Positions 1 through 10,389 of a DNA stretch of 64,000 nucleotides are shown piece after piece. The notes under the pieces are model-generated. The model had not been told where the DNA came from and ran no database searches. It worked only from the letters and a program-made list of their open reading frames with translations. The first letter of the stretch is position 1. Every line of letters begins with the position of its first letter. The translations under genes were made by a program, and so were the position numbers. Origin of the DNA: Andalucia godoyi And28 (lineage: Eukaryota > Protista > Jakobida); NCBI GenBank assembly GCA_009859145.1, contig VRVR01000015.1, positions 49,417 through 113,416 on the forward strand. Direction: 5' to 3'.

Positions 1-2
1 AT

Positions 3-1940
3 TTTGACCAGGGTCAGAGAATCGCCGTAATGAATGCTGCGAAGATTGCTGGACTTAACTGTCTTGCGGTGATGAACGATTTGACGGCCGCTGCTCTGGA
101 CTATGCGCTGTTCCGCGGTGCCGAGCTGCCAGCCGAAGACTCCGACAAGCCGGAAAACATCGTGATTGTCGATGTGGGCCACTCGGCGCTCAAGGTTGCG
201 TGCGTGTCACTTCGGAGAGGCCTGGTGAATGTCAAGGCACATGGATATGACATCAACTTTGGATCCCGCGTCTTGGATGTGGCACTTGCAAACCACTATG
301 CTGCAGACTGGGAGAAAAAGACGGGAGTTCCCCTTCGCGCAGAGTATCCGAAATCCATGATGCGCTTGGTGCAAGCCTGCGAAAAGGTCAAGAAGACGCT
401 CTCTGCGAATGCACAGGCGCAGCTCAACATCGAGTGCCTGGCTGAAGATAGAGACATGAACTATCTTGTGTCCAGAGAATTTTTGGAACAGCTGGTTGAG
501 CCCCTGCTTGCACGCGCTCTGGAACCAGTCCGTTCAGCATTGGAACTGGCTGGCTGGGCACCAAAGGATGTCACGGCGGTGGAAATGATCGGAGGGGGGT
601 CTCGTATCCCTGCAGTCAAGAAATTGCTGGCGGATTACTTTGGCCAGGAGTGCAAGACCAGGTTGAATGCGTCTGAAGCAATCTGCCGTGGTGCTGCAAT
701 TGAATGCGCGATTTTGTCACCCCATTTCAAGGTTCGCGAAACACAGGTCAAGGACGCGCATACGGCGTCGGAGCTCTCAATGGCATGGACGCCAAAGGGT
801 CGGGCAGAACCGAAGGTGTCGACTGTTTTCGAGAAGAATGCACCGTACCCTGCAGTGAAGATGGTGTCCCTGGACCGAAGTGCAATTGACGGGAACTCGC
901 TGGAAATCACGCTTGGACCGCGAGTGGGCGTCGCCGCCGTTTCGGGCATCCCACCAGCCCAGGATGGCAAGACAATGACCGTGAAGCTGAGGCTTGGACT
1001 CAATGTGTCCGGTTTGTATTCTGTCGAAGGAGCGGAAGTCGTTACAGAATGGGACGAGGAGAAGGTGGAAGAAAAGTCAAAGGAGGAGGCCAAGGAAGGG
1101 GATGTCGCCGCTGCACCTGCCGCTGCAGAGGAAAAGAAACCGGCAATCGTTCGCAAGAAGCAGCGTGCGGACCTCAAAGTTGAGATGCGGTATGCCCCGG
1201 AGCTCAATGTCATGTCATCAAAGCTGATCGATGATGCCGTCTTGTTGGAAGGACAATTGCTTGCTCAGGACAAGCTGATAATGGATACCTGGGATCGCAA
1301 GAATGCTTTGGAGTCGTACATTTATGCCCTCCGCTCCAAGATTTACGACGACAATGTTCTGGCGCCTTTCGTGACGGAGGACGTGACAAACCAGTTTTCC
1401 AAGGCCCTCGAAGATGCCGAATCGTGGTTGTACTCGGAAGAAGGCGAGAACGCAGCAAAGCAGGCGTATGTTGACCGCTTGAATGCACTCAAGAAGATTG
1501 GAGACCCCATCGAACTTCGGCACTCGGAATTCTTCGAGAGGCCGTCCATGTTAGACTTTTTGTCCAAGACGATTGCGTCTGTAAGGGAGAAGGCTGCTGC
1601 CTTCCAAGGCGTTGGCGCGGACGAGGATCGCACGAAGGTTGTTGCAATGTGCGATGAGGCAGGGGCGTGGCTTGCAAAGGCCAATGCAGCGCTTTCGCAG
1701 ACTGCTCGCCATGTTACCCCCTCCATTCTGTGCAGAGAAATTGCAGATCGTGCCAACAAACTGATCAGTGATGCAAAGCCGCTCCTGAACAAGAAGAGGG
1801 ACGCGCCGAAAGTCGAAGCCGATGTCAAGATGGAGGATTCTCAACCCCAGGAGAACCTGCCGAAGGATGCCGACGCCGAAGAGATTGTGATTAATCAGGC
1901 GGACTCGAATGCACATGCGGAAACCATGGATCTTGATTAA
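3..1940 (+). CDS. HSPA4: Hsp110/HSPA4-family (Hsp70 superfamily) chaperone / nucleotide-exchange factor, 5'-truncated by window edge
   Basis: Frame is open from position 3 (FDQGQRIAVMNAAKIAGLNCLAVMND); IEMIGGGSR-type motif (VEMIGGGSRIP), LNASEAICRGAA, DRKNALESYIY and WLYSEEGENAAKQAYVDRL are Hsp110/SSE-type motifs. Confidence 0.92.
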   Translation, partial: FDQGQRIAVMNAAKIAGLNCLAVMNDLTAAALDYALFRGAELPAEDSDKPENIVIVDVGHSALKVACVSLRRGLVNVKAHGYDINFGSRVLDVALANHYAADWEKKTGVPLRAEYPKSMMRLVQACEKVKKTLSANAQAQLNIECLAEDRDMNYLVSREFLEQLVEPLLARALEPVRSALELAGWAPKDVTAVEMIGGGSRIPAVKKLLADYFGQECKTRLNASEAICRGAAIECAILSPHFKVRETQVKDAHTASELSMAWTPKGRAEPKVSTVFEKNAPYPAVKMVSLDRSAIDGNSLEITLGPRVGVAAVSGIPPAQDGKTMTVKLRLGLNVSGLYSVEGAEVVTEWDEEKVEEKSKEEAKEGDVAAAPAAAEEKKPAIVRKKQRADLKVEMRYAPELNVMSSKLIDDAVLLEGQLLAQDKLIMDTWDRKNALESYIYALRSKIYDDNVLAPFVTEDVTNQFSKALEDAESWLYSEEGENAAKQAYVDRLNALKKIGDPIELRHSEFFERPSMLDFLSKTIASVREKAAAFQGVGADEDRTKVVAMCDEAGAWLAKANAALSQTARHVTPSILCREIADRANKLISDAKPLLNKKRDAPKVEADVKMEDSQPQENLPKDADAEEIVINQADSNAHAETMDLD

Positions 1941-1974
1941 AGGCCTCGTTGGAGATTACATGTGATGATGTGTT

Positions 1975-1975
<1 letters not shown>

Positions 1976-2055
<80 letters not shown>
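1976..2055. repeat. (CT)40 microsatellite 3' of Hsp110
   Basis: Perfect CT dinucleotide run read directly. Confidence 0.97.
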
Positions 2056-2057
<2 letters not shown>

Positions 2058-3483
2058 ATTCTTTCATTCTTCACGGTAAACCTACAGATTTATTACAGCC
2101 ATCAGGACGCTCTCATTTCAATAGCAACAAAGAGAGAGTATGTGATCTAAGAACTATGTTTTTTTAAAGAATAAAACTGACTCATACAATTCACAAAAGA
2201 TTATAAAGATGATTTACTGGAAAGGGAAGGACACTGTATCACTGTGCACTGTTCATCGTGTCATCTCCACCATCATCAATTGGAACAATTTGTTCATCCG
2301 GTGCACAGTTCACTTCCTCGATGGAAAGATCTTCCAGGACGTGCCCTTGCCACTCGACATGAGCAGCCCGTCGACATAAGAAGAATCTGACCCTGCAGGC
2401 ATTTCAATAATCTCGGGGACGCGGTTTCCTTTTCGGCAACCTCAAAGACTGCATCGTCGGTCGGAAGAAGCACCAGCAGAGGGAACAGAAGCAGAAGTAG
2501 GAAACGGGTGCAGGAGACGGGATTGAGAAAAGGAAATTTTAAAATTTAAAAAAACGGAAGAAAGCATCGGAATCTCTGAGTTCAATTATATGGAAGCGCC
2601 CTTATTGCTATTGTTCACAGCATCCTCTTCTTTCTTGGGATGTCCATTACTGTGCTGCATCACACACGTGCAACAGCGGTGTGTGTGTAAACTGCTAGAA
2701 GAAGCAGCATCTGTTGCAACATCGGCGGAAGGAGGATGTGGTGTATCCGTCGTCTTGGCGCCCGTCAGCTTGACGACACAAGCGAGCGTCAGAGGGGCGC
2801 CGCGGAAATGTCATACGTCTTGCGCAGCGTGGCAGGGGGTCATGCACATTGGCATCGAGTGGAAAATGAAGAAAAAAAGACGATTGAAGCAAGTAAACGC
2901 GAACTGGCTATGGTTGCTGTTTTAAAGAATGTCCCAAAAATTAGCGTCTGAACAATTTGGGGACATTCGAGCTAAGCAGCGTTGAACCTTGGGTTGCAGT
3001 TGTTAAACGAACAAATCCGGATTCTCATCTTCGTTTGCTTGTAGTTTTTTTTTATATATATTTTAAACGTGCGTTCATGCATGTTGCTTGTTGTCGCCTT
3101 TGTGACAAACGACAGGCGGTCAGAGCACGGGGGTTTAATATTTGCATATGCGCAGTTTCACTGGAAGGCCTGCTCTCCGGATTCCAGTGCACTGTATCCC
3201 GGCCTTCCAGCGGTCAGTTCGAGCATCTAAATGAAATCAGTAGAAGTGGATAGAAGTCCCACCAAAACAAATCAAAACACACAAATGTCGAGGAATCTCC
3301 TATCCCCTCGGAATGGTGGCAAGCGAGAGAAGAAAAAAAGAGCTGAACGATTGAATGCCGTTCAAAGAATTTCCAGCATATCAGTCGGTTGTCTGTGAAG
3401 TACTTTCTCCTTGCGAATTTCGAAGCCAGTTTGTCGAAGTATTCGAGCAGTCGGAAGAACGAACGCATTTCTCTATTGACTCC

Positions 3484-4788
3484 ATGGGCAGAAACAGGAA
3501 CAGAAGCGGCAGCAGCACAGAAGAGAGCAAACAGCACAATGCTGACACCCTTTCGGATCATGCGTCGAGCGACGACGGCGGCCACAAGATCAAATCCGAG
3601 GCATTTGTCTTGTACGAGACTGCGTGGTCGCCGTTCAGCGCCAAAGTTCGAGGTGCTTTGAACTACCTCGGACTTCCGTTCAAACCCGTCGAAATCCAGT
3701 CGGTGTCCGAGCACGTCCTTCGCTACCTCGAATCTCGCGCAACAAATCCAGCGGTGGAAAGCTCCGTGGAAAAGAAACGCAGCGAAGCGCCGGCATCCGC
3801 ATCCGCATCCGCATCCGCACCAGCGCTCAAGCACGAGGCACATGTGGAGCATCACTTGCGAACTCCCGTTCTTGTCGACCACAACATGCAGGGCGTCGTG
3901 ATCGAGTCGTCCGACGCGATTCTCACACACCTCAATGCATTCTACACTGACGAAGCAAAGCAGCTGGTACCAAACGATGGCATTAAGAAAATGCTACGTG
4001 CACTGGACGAGGACATTGGCTTGGCTGGCAGAAAGCTTGCGTACACGAGAATCTCCTTGATGGATGCCTCCGTGTTTGCCGACTTGTACTATGCGCACAA
4101 GCGAACCTACCTGCGGTTGCCGTGGATCCGTTTCCTGACAGGAATGCTCATCGCCATGTCCACAGTGTCCGAGTACGATCTTCACTTGAACGAGCAGAAT
4201 CACGTCCTGGAAAATCTAGAAGCTGTATTGTGGAATGAATGGCTTCCTCGGGTGCATCGGGCACAAGAGAACAGCGAGTGGCTCGCTGGCCCGGTCTTCA
4301 CAATGGTCGACATTGCATTCTCCGAATTTCTGCGCCCTCTCTTGATTGTCCCAAGAATTGCCAACGACGTTCGGTTCAAGGAGCTTTTGGATTTCCAGAA
4401 ACGAGCTATTGCTCACGGAAACCTCGACCCGATCGAAAATTGCCTGTGGTGCCAGCTTGCCAGCCAGCTAAAACATCGGTCACTGTGGCACTTCCCCATT
4501 GATGTGGCGATCATTAGCACTCGGAAAGCAGAGCAGCTTGTGCGCAGCATCGCTTCCTCCTCGAATTACGTTGGACGCATTCGCAATCGCATTCCACTGT
4601 TTCAAACGGCATCCGCCATACAAGACGCCCAAGCATCGAGCGGTGCTTCCGAGGACCTCATCATCAAGCTGCACAATTCGCGATCAAAGGGACTCGTTTC
4701 CGGGACCATTGATCTTGCCGCCGGCCTTGTATCCAGCGGATACAATTTCTGGGTTGGAATTCGTCCGCAGCTGTGGTCAACCGGGTAA
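3484..4788 (+). CDS. Glutathione S-transferase-family protein (GST-N thioredoxin fold plus GST-C), with N- and C-terminal extensions
   Basis: VLYETAWSPFSAKVRGALNYLGLPF, TPVLVD...IESSDAILTHL and WLAGPVFTMVDIAF motifs. Start taken at ATG 3484 (the ORF track starts at 3355). Confidence 0.8.
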   Translation: MGRNRNRSGSSTEESKQHNADTLSDHASSDDGGHKIKSEAFVLYETAWSPFSAKVRGALNYLGLPFKPVEIQSVSEHVLRYLESRATNPAVESSVEKKRSEAPASASASASAPALKHEAHVEHHLRTPVLVDHNMQGVVIESSDAILTHLNAFYTDEAKQLVPNDGIKKMLRALDEDIGLAGRKLAYTRISLMDASVFADLYYAHKRTYLRLPWIRFLTGMLIAMSTVSEYDLHLNEQNHVLENLEAVLWNEWLPRVHRAQENSEWLAGPVFTMVDIAFSEFLRPLLIVPRIANDVRFKELLDFQKRAIAHGNLDPIENCLWCQLASQLKHRSLWHFPIDVAIISTRKAEQLVRSIASSSNYVGRIRNRIPLFQTASAIQDAQASSGASEDLIIKLHNSRSKGLVSGTIDLAAGLVSSGYNFWVGIRPQLWSTG

Positions 4789-4904
4789 TCAAAGCACCGC
4801 TCGGTGCCATCGAGATTTGCTTCCTCCCCTACCCAGTGCTTCATCCCTTTTTTCTTGTTGGAGGCTTTTTATTATTATTTAAATTTAAGTTTAAATTATT
4901 GTTA

Positions 4905-5735
4905 TCACACAGTCTTTGTAGTGGTAGAGGGGGGAATTCCCTCGCACTTTGTGGATCGAACCTCCTGTTCGTATTTGTCGTAAAGAAAACAAGTAGATAA
5001 CACGCACCCTTCCGGACAAAGCCTCCACAAATCTTCATACCGGACTACCTGCAGCGTAATTTGTTCGCCTTCGTGTGTGCAGCCCGTAACTTTGCCATCA
5101 AACTGCAAGATCTGCTGCAGTGGCATCTCAGCTTCGTATACAAATACTTTCAGAAACTCATCGCAGCCGCCCGGAGACGGATAGATTCCCTGGAAAATTC
5201 TGCCGCTTGGATGGCTTCCATAGAAATGGTCGTACAAATCGACAAGTCTGCCTCCTGATGCAGTGGCGTCCAGTCCAGTTTCTTCAAGCAGCTCGCGACG
5301 GGCGACGGATGCTGCATCTGATTCGTCGTCCAGCATACCAGCCGGAATTTCCGGGAACTGAAAAATCGACGCGGGGATCCGTGGCTGCGCTGTAACAATC
5401 GAATATCGAGGTGTTCCTTCAACATCCTGCGCACGCAGAACAACAAGAATGCAAACGGCACCGCCTCTCATAAAGACGATACCCGGAACCTGTGTTCCAT
5501 CGGGCCCGAACGTCGTCGTTTTGAATTTTAAGAATCCAACACGCGTTCCAAAATAGTCAAGCGACTGAAATTCAATCGCCTTCACCTTGAAACGCGATTC
5601 TCGTCCAATTCGATCTCGCCAACTCTGAAACATTCCGCAAGAAACAGCATCCTCAATCCGCAGCTTGCCTTCCATCCCACTGCTCACCGAAACCTCGCAT
5701 TCCGATTCTCCAATCTGAATCACTGTTGCCTGCAT
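4905..5735 (-). CDS. NUDX14: Nudix hydrolase, plant NUDX14-like (ADP-sugar pyrophosphatase type)
   Basis: Nudix box EIPAGMLDDESDAASVARRELLEETG; FGTRVGFLKFK, VPGIVFMRGGAV and YPSPGGCDE match the NUDX14 subfamily as I recall it. Confidence 0.82.
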   Translation of the reverse strand: MQATVIQIGESECEVSVSSGMEGKLRIEDAVSCGMFQSWRDRIGRESRFKVKAIEFQSLDYFGTRVGFLKFKTTTFGPDGTQVPGIVFMRGGAVCILVVLRAQDVEGTPRYSIVTAQPRIPASIFQFPEIPAGMLDDESDAASVARRELLEETGLDATASGGRLVDLYDHFYGSHPSGRIFQGIYPSPGGCDEFLKVFVYEAEMPLQQILQFDGKVTGCTHEGEQITLQVVRYEDLWRLCPEGCVLSTCFLYDKYEQEVRSTKCEGIPPSTTTKTV

Positions 5736-6021
5736 CGTTCCACCCTCATCAATAATTCAGTCATTCAAAGAACAGCATTCGTTTTTTGTTTTTTTTTTGG
5801 GAGCCTTTCGGAGTCTTCTCGACTTTTGTCAGACGACAACAAAAACAAAAACAAAAGATTGAAAAAAAGAAAACACAAACAGTGGTAACGGTCGTATCGT
5901 CCGTTTTCTTCCCCCCACTTTTGCTTCCTGCAAGTTTCCCTATTCCTGTTTAGCCTTTTGCCGCCTATGGCTGTTCGCGAGAGAAGACTTTGGCCTTTTT
6001 CCCCTGTTTTTTTCTCTTTCC

Positions 6022-6023
<2 letters not shown>

Positions 6024-6055
<32 letters not shown>
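6024..6055. repeat. (TG)n microsatellite in the divergent Nudix/USO1 spacer
   Basis: Direct read. Confidence 0.95.
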
Positions 6056-6059
<4 letters not shown>

Positions 6060-6123
6060 TTTGTTGTCGAATTGACGTGGTTTGCAAACGACGGAAGCAG
6101 GTGGAAAGCAGCGTGGATTTGGA

Positions 6124-8523
6124 ATGAACTTTCTTCGGTCTGGAGTAAGCACTCTTCTTGGCGCAGCACGCACTGCAGACATTGAGGAAGAGACGGATGT
6201 TGCTGTGCTGACTGCGCGTTTGACATCCTCAACTGCGCAATTCGAGGATCTCAGAGCGTCGATTCAGCAACTTGCGTTGTTGATTAGCGACCATGAAGAA
6301 AAGTTCACGAATGATACTGTGCTGGCACTGTTCCAGACGATTCCAAAGATCAAGCAGGACTTCGGGACACTGCGAACAGCATTGGATTTGCTCGATACAC
6401 TGATCTCATCCATGGAATCAACTGGGAAATCGCTCAAAGAAGACAGATTCAGCATTTTTGGAACATCAGAATATCCAATGCAGTCGCTTTTGCTGCTGCT
6501 GACAGAAAAGAAGGCGCAAATCCGCCTTTTTGCATTGCAGATTCTGTCGTGCGTTGTGCATCATGCAGCAGCGCTACCAGACTATCGGTCGTTCATCGAG
6601 AATATAATTGTGTCGACGCCACAAGGAATTGCGCATATTATTGATGCGCTGTCGGACGATCGCGATGTGATACGCAACGAAGCGCTGCTCGTCGTTACGA
6701 ACCTTGCTCGTTGCAGGGAGGAACTGCAAAAGATTCTAGTGTTTGAAGGTGTTCTCGAGTCGTTGTTCAAAATCATCAAGCAGGAGGGAGTCTTCACGGG
6801 TGGTGTCATTGTGACGGACGCGCTGAAATGCATGCGAGATTTGCTGGCAAATTCATCGTCGAATCAAAAGTACTTCCGTGAATCTGGACTATTTGCGGGT
6901 CTTGCACAGTTGTTTTCCCAGATCAAGGATGCAACAGAGGACACAACGCAGACTCAAAACGTGACGAGTCTTGTGTTTGAGCTGCTAAGCTTCCTGCTGT
7001 CGGATCCCCAAAATCGATCGGCTCTGGTGAAGGCAAAGTTTGTCCATTCATTGGTGTCTGTGGCTGCAAGTCCCAATCCCGCAGTCAAACTTCGCAAGGA
7101 CTGCTTGTATTTGCTCCGAAGGCTTGTAGATCGACAGCGCGACGCTTCTCGAGAATTGTTGGTGTCGGCAGTGGAGGAGTCAATGTCGCTGATGGCTCTT
7201 GTTTTCGATCGAAGTGGGGATAAACAAATGCGAGCTCTGATCGCAGACATCTATCGTCGAGCACTCAGTTCTTCCGAGGAAGCGCAGATCTCCATGGCCA
7301 AGCTGATCGCTACGGATATTAACCCCGATGCTTCGGACGCACATCACATTGTGATTGATGCAATCCGCTTAACCTCGGAGCCGGGCGATAATCCTGCGGA
7401 GTGGTTCTTCGCCGTCATGTTTTTGGTCGGAATTATTGACAAGAACGCAGTCTCGAAAGATCTCTTGCTGGATGCAGTATTTGGAAAATTGATGAAGAAG
7501 GTTTCGGCGCTTCTGAAAGCATCCAGCTCGATCACTCTGCAGATTTGTGGCTTGCTGCAGATTCTCATTTGCTTCCTTGACGGGCATCCTCGGTCGGCAG
7601 CATCTTTTGTTTCGTCCTCGTCCTTGTTCTCGTTCATGGACTCTATAGAGAAACCGGAATTGTCCATGTACGTTCGGGGATTCGTGAATTTACTGTGCAC
7701 TGTACTTCTTCCCCTTCTTCCGGAAGACGACAGCACCGCCCGCGTGTCGCGTTCGCAGTTTTTCAGCATTCTGTCAAAGCGCGTTGGCATTGACGGTCTT
7801 GAAGAGAGTCTGGCGCACCTATATGCCTCGGCGGCTTTCTCCAAATGGTCTCAAGTGCCAGATGACCAGTTTTGCGACGCAGTCGTTGCGAATATCAACC
7901 AGTTCGAACCGGTCATCGACACCTGGTTTGCCGGTGTGCTTCAGAATCAGCTGCGAGATTTTCAGAAGACCTTCCTTGGATTGTACGCGTCTACGTTGAC
8001 TTCACCTGCGCCCCAGCAGGCATCGCCTAATAATGCGGCTTCGGCAGCAATGGCTGATGAATTGAAGGCCAAGGAAATGTTGATTCAGTCGTTGCGAACG
8101 CAGATCCAGTCCCTCCGTGACCAGCTGGACAAGAAAGCGAGCTCTGGGAGTAGCGGGGGTGATGCAGAGATGAAGACTGCGCTGTGTTCGCTTCTTGAGC
8201 AATTTGCAAGTGTTGAATCAACGGTGCGTTCGCGACTGTCTCCGCTCGTGAATATCCCATTGCAAGCTCCTCTGTCCCCCTTTTCGTACAATTCGCAGCA
8301 CTTGTTTGGTGCACACACGAAGGAGTCATTGAAACTGATTGCCGAGCAGTCCCAAAAGCTGAGCAGCACGCTCATGTCTCATTTTTCGAGTGCGGAAAGG
8401 CGAATTGCCGGGCTTGTGGAGGAAAAGGCCAAGCTGCAACAGGAATTGCAAGAAACCATGGATGACCGAGATGATCTGTTCGTTTGGCTGCAGGATCTTG
8501 AAGAGAAATCGAGTTCGAATTAA
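6124..8523 (+). CDS. USO1: USO1/p115 vesicle-tethering protein (armadillo head plus short coiled coil)
   Basis: Starts MNFLR; STPQGIAHIIDALSDDRDVIRNEALL, LQKILVFEG and GGVIVTDALKCMRDLLANSSSNQKYFRESG are p115 head motifs; C-terminal QETMDDRDDLFVWL. Confidence 0.9.
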   Translation: MNFLRSGVSTLLGAARTADIEEETDVAVLTARLTSSTAQFEDLRASIQQLALLISDHEEKFTNDTVLALFQTIPKIKQDFGTLRTALDLLDTLISSMESTGKSLKEDRFSIFGTSEYPMQSLLLLLTEKKAQIRLFALQILSCVVHHAAALPDYRSFIENIIVSTPQGIAHIIDALSDDRDVIRNEALLVVTNLARCREELQKILVFEGVLESLFKIIKQEGVFTGGVIVTDALKCMRDLLANSSSNQKYFRESGLFAGLAQLFSQIKDATEDTTQTQNVTSLVFELLSFLLSDPQNRSALVKAKFVHSLVSVAASPNPAVKLRKDCLYLLRRLVDRQRDASRELLVSAVEESMSLMALVFDRSGDKQMRALIADIYRRALSSSEEAQISMAKLIATDINPDASDAHHIVIDAIRLTSEPGDNPAEWFFAVMFLVGIIDKNAVSKDLLLDAVFGKLMKKVSALLKASSSITLQICGLLQILICFLDGHPRSAASFVSSSSLFSFMDSIEKPELSMYVRGFVNLLCTVLLPLLPEDDSTARVSRSQFFSILSKRVGIDGLEESLAHLYASAAFSKWSQVPDDQFCDAVVANINQFEPVIDTWFAGVLQNQLRDFQKTFLGLYASTLTSPAPQQASPNNAASAAMADELKAKEMLIQSLRTQIQSLRDQLDKKASSGSSGGDAEMKTALCSLLEQFASVESTVRSRLSPLVNIPLQAPLSPFSYNSQHLFGAHTKESLKLIAEQSQKLSSTLMSHFSSAERRIAGLVEEKAKLQQELQETMDDRDDLFVWLQDLEEKSSSN

Positions 8524-8550
8524 TGTTTGTTGCTTTGCTCTCCGTGTCTG

Positions 8551-10281
8551 TCACGCTTCTCTTCTGTTGAAATTACGGACCTCTGTCAGCGTCAGGCACG
8601 TTCCAAGTGTCCACAAAGGTCTTGCGTGGGGAGTTTCCGTTTCTGATGGCGATGTCGATGTCGATGTCGATGTTGTTGGCGATGCCGATTGTCCTCGTGC
8701 TCTTGCAAACAGACTCGTGGCATGTACAGTCATCTTTCCAAGAATCCCTGCTTTGCTTGGGAGAGCCTCGTGCTCCTCATCAAGATTCCGATTTTTGCAT
8801 GCAATCCGCCCCACATCCCATCTGCATTTTTGATTCATGTTCGGAAAGGCAACGGACAGTTGCAAGCACGAATCCGCTGCGCAAATTCCAATTGGAGGGA
8901 GAACATATTCTCCGTACAGCATGTTTGGAGACACAAGAACCAAGAATATTGTGGTAATCAGCTGCTTGCTATCGTAAATTTTGCAGGTTGTTATGAATGG
9001 GATGTCCGTACTCTGAAATTGCGCAAGGACATGCAGGGTATAGCAGTGAGAAGTGATGATCTTGCTGTCCTGATGGATGTACCGATTTCTTGTGTTGTCT
9101 CGTATCCACACCCTTGGAAAAACGTGGATTTCTTTCGCTGCATCGGCACCCAGACCTTGTTGACTGCTTGCACAGCATGCAGACGGCGATACTGACGGTG
9201 TCGCCTGAACCGCAAACAACGAACGCTTGGTATTTTCTGTTGATGATCCCGTTCCAAGCGGCGAAGTCGGCACGGCCGTGAGCTTTCCAGGTTTCTCCTG
9301 TCTTGACGGTAGTGGTCCTTCCGGAAAAGAGCGGGGATGCGGGAACGGTCTCGTCTCTTTCGGAGTGTGTTCTGAGCAAAAGTGATCCTGAGGGTTCGTA
9401 TTGTGGCTTGCGAATGCCTCCTCCGATGGAACTGTTGATGCGGATTCTTGCAGCGCCGGTTCGTCGTCGTTTGCTTGGGACTGCGCTACCTTGGAATCGA
9501 CATCGCTGCTTGCGCAATGTGGAGACTGCTCCGCGACCGTCTTGCCCGTGTTCAAACAGCTTGCGATTCGACCCGCCTCCTTTCGGGATTCTCGTTTTTT
9601 CTTTTCCAGCTTTTCCCTGTAAATCTTGAAGATCTGCTGACTTTCGTCCAGTTCTATTGCTTTTGTGCATTTTGGACACATGCGAATCGTATATCTTGTT
9701 GCGAGCATTCTGTATTCGCAGCCAAGATGGAAAGAATGTCCGCAGCGCAGCGTGTGCCAGTCTTGAATCTGCCCGTCGATGCTTTCATCCAGAAGGCAAA
9801 TTCCACAATCGGTATCTTTCCAGATGCTTGCAATTTCTTCTGGCAATCTGTTCCTGACATACTCGACATAGGGCGGGTCCCATAAGCTGTCTTTGACGAG
9901 CACGCTTCGCTTCCTGCGTTCCGTTTCGTCGTAGGTCTCTTCTTTTTCGTATTCTACGGCTTTTGACCATCCGAATATTGCCTGTTGCTCCTTCCATTTC
10001 TGAACGATGAAATCAGACACGTAGTGTGCTCTTGAGCCGTACATCCACTGACCCAAAATTCTCTGTGTACCAGGATGCATCTCACGGACAAGCCTGTTTG
10101 CAATGTTCTCGAAAGCAGCCGCATTCTCCAGTCTCATTCTTCCCAGGAGCAAGCCCGGATTCTGCCGGTAACGTTCTGCAATGTCCTGGACCGTGCGCCT
10201 GTGCAACCGAGACATCTTGAATGGATATTTGACAGTATAACGAGAAGCCGCAGGCTGACTACCTTGTCTTTTGGAATTCAT
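8551..10281 (-). CDS. RING-H2 finger protein with an unrecognised beta-rich C-terminal domain
   Basis: CGIC-x14-CGHSFHLGC-x13-CPKC gives a C3H2C3 pattern; 576-codon ORF from an ATG. Confidence 0.7.
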   Translation of the reverse strand: MNSKRQGSQPAASRYTVKYPFKMSRLHRRTVQDIAERYRQNPGLLLGRMRLENAAAFENIANRLVREMHPGTQRILGQWMYGSRAHYVSDFIVQKWKEQQAIFGWSKAVEYEKEETYDETERRKRSVLVKDSLWDPPYVEYVRNRLPEEIASIWKDTDCGICLLDESIDGQIQDWHTLRCGHSFHLGCEYRMLATRYTIRMCPKCTKAIELDESQQIFKIYREKLEKKKRESRKEAGRIASCLNTGKTVAEQSPHCASSDVDSKVAQSQANDDEPALQESASTVPSEEAFASHNTNPQDHFCSEHTPKETRPFPHPRSFPEGPLPSRQEKPGKLTAVPTSPLGTGSSTENTKRSLFAVQATPSVSPSACCASSQQGLGADAAKEIHVFPRVWIRDNTRNRYIHQDSKIITSHCYTLHVLAQFQSTDIPFITTCKIYDSKQLITTIFLVLVSPNMLYGEYVLPPIGICAADSCLQLSVAFPNMNQKCRWDVGRIACKNRNLDEEHEALPSKAGILGKMTVHATSLFARARGQSASPTTSTSTSTSPSETETPHARPLWTLGTCLTLTEVRNFNRREA

Positions 10282-10353
10282 CCGTGTTTCCCCCTGAATT
10301 TGAATGGCGCGTGCGCGCGAGAGAGATAGAGAATATATATGTATGATGCGCGC

Positions 10354-10355
<2 letters not shown>

Positions 10356-10388
<33 letters not shown>
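10356..10388. repeat. (GT)n microsatellite preceded by a (GC)n run
   Basis: Direct read. Confidence 0.95.

Positions 10389-10389
<1 letters not shown>

Noticed and set aside
3214-3930. 238-aa antisense ORF over the GST gene, and similar 150-270-aa antisense ORFs over Hsp110, MCM5, SND1 and mucolipin
   Set aside because: Fully overlap well-supported genes on the opposite strand and carry no recognisable motifs
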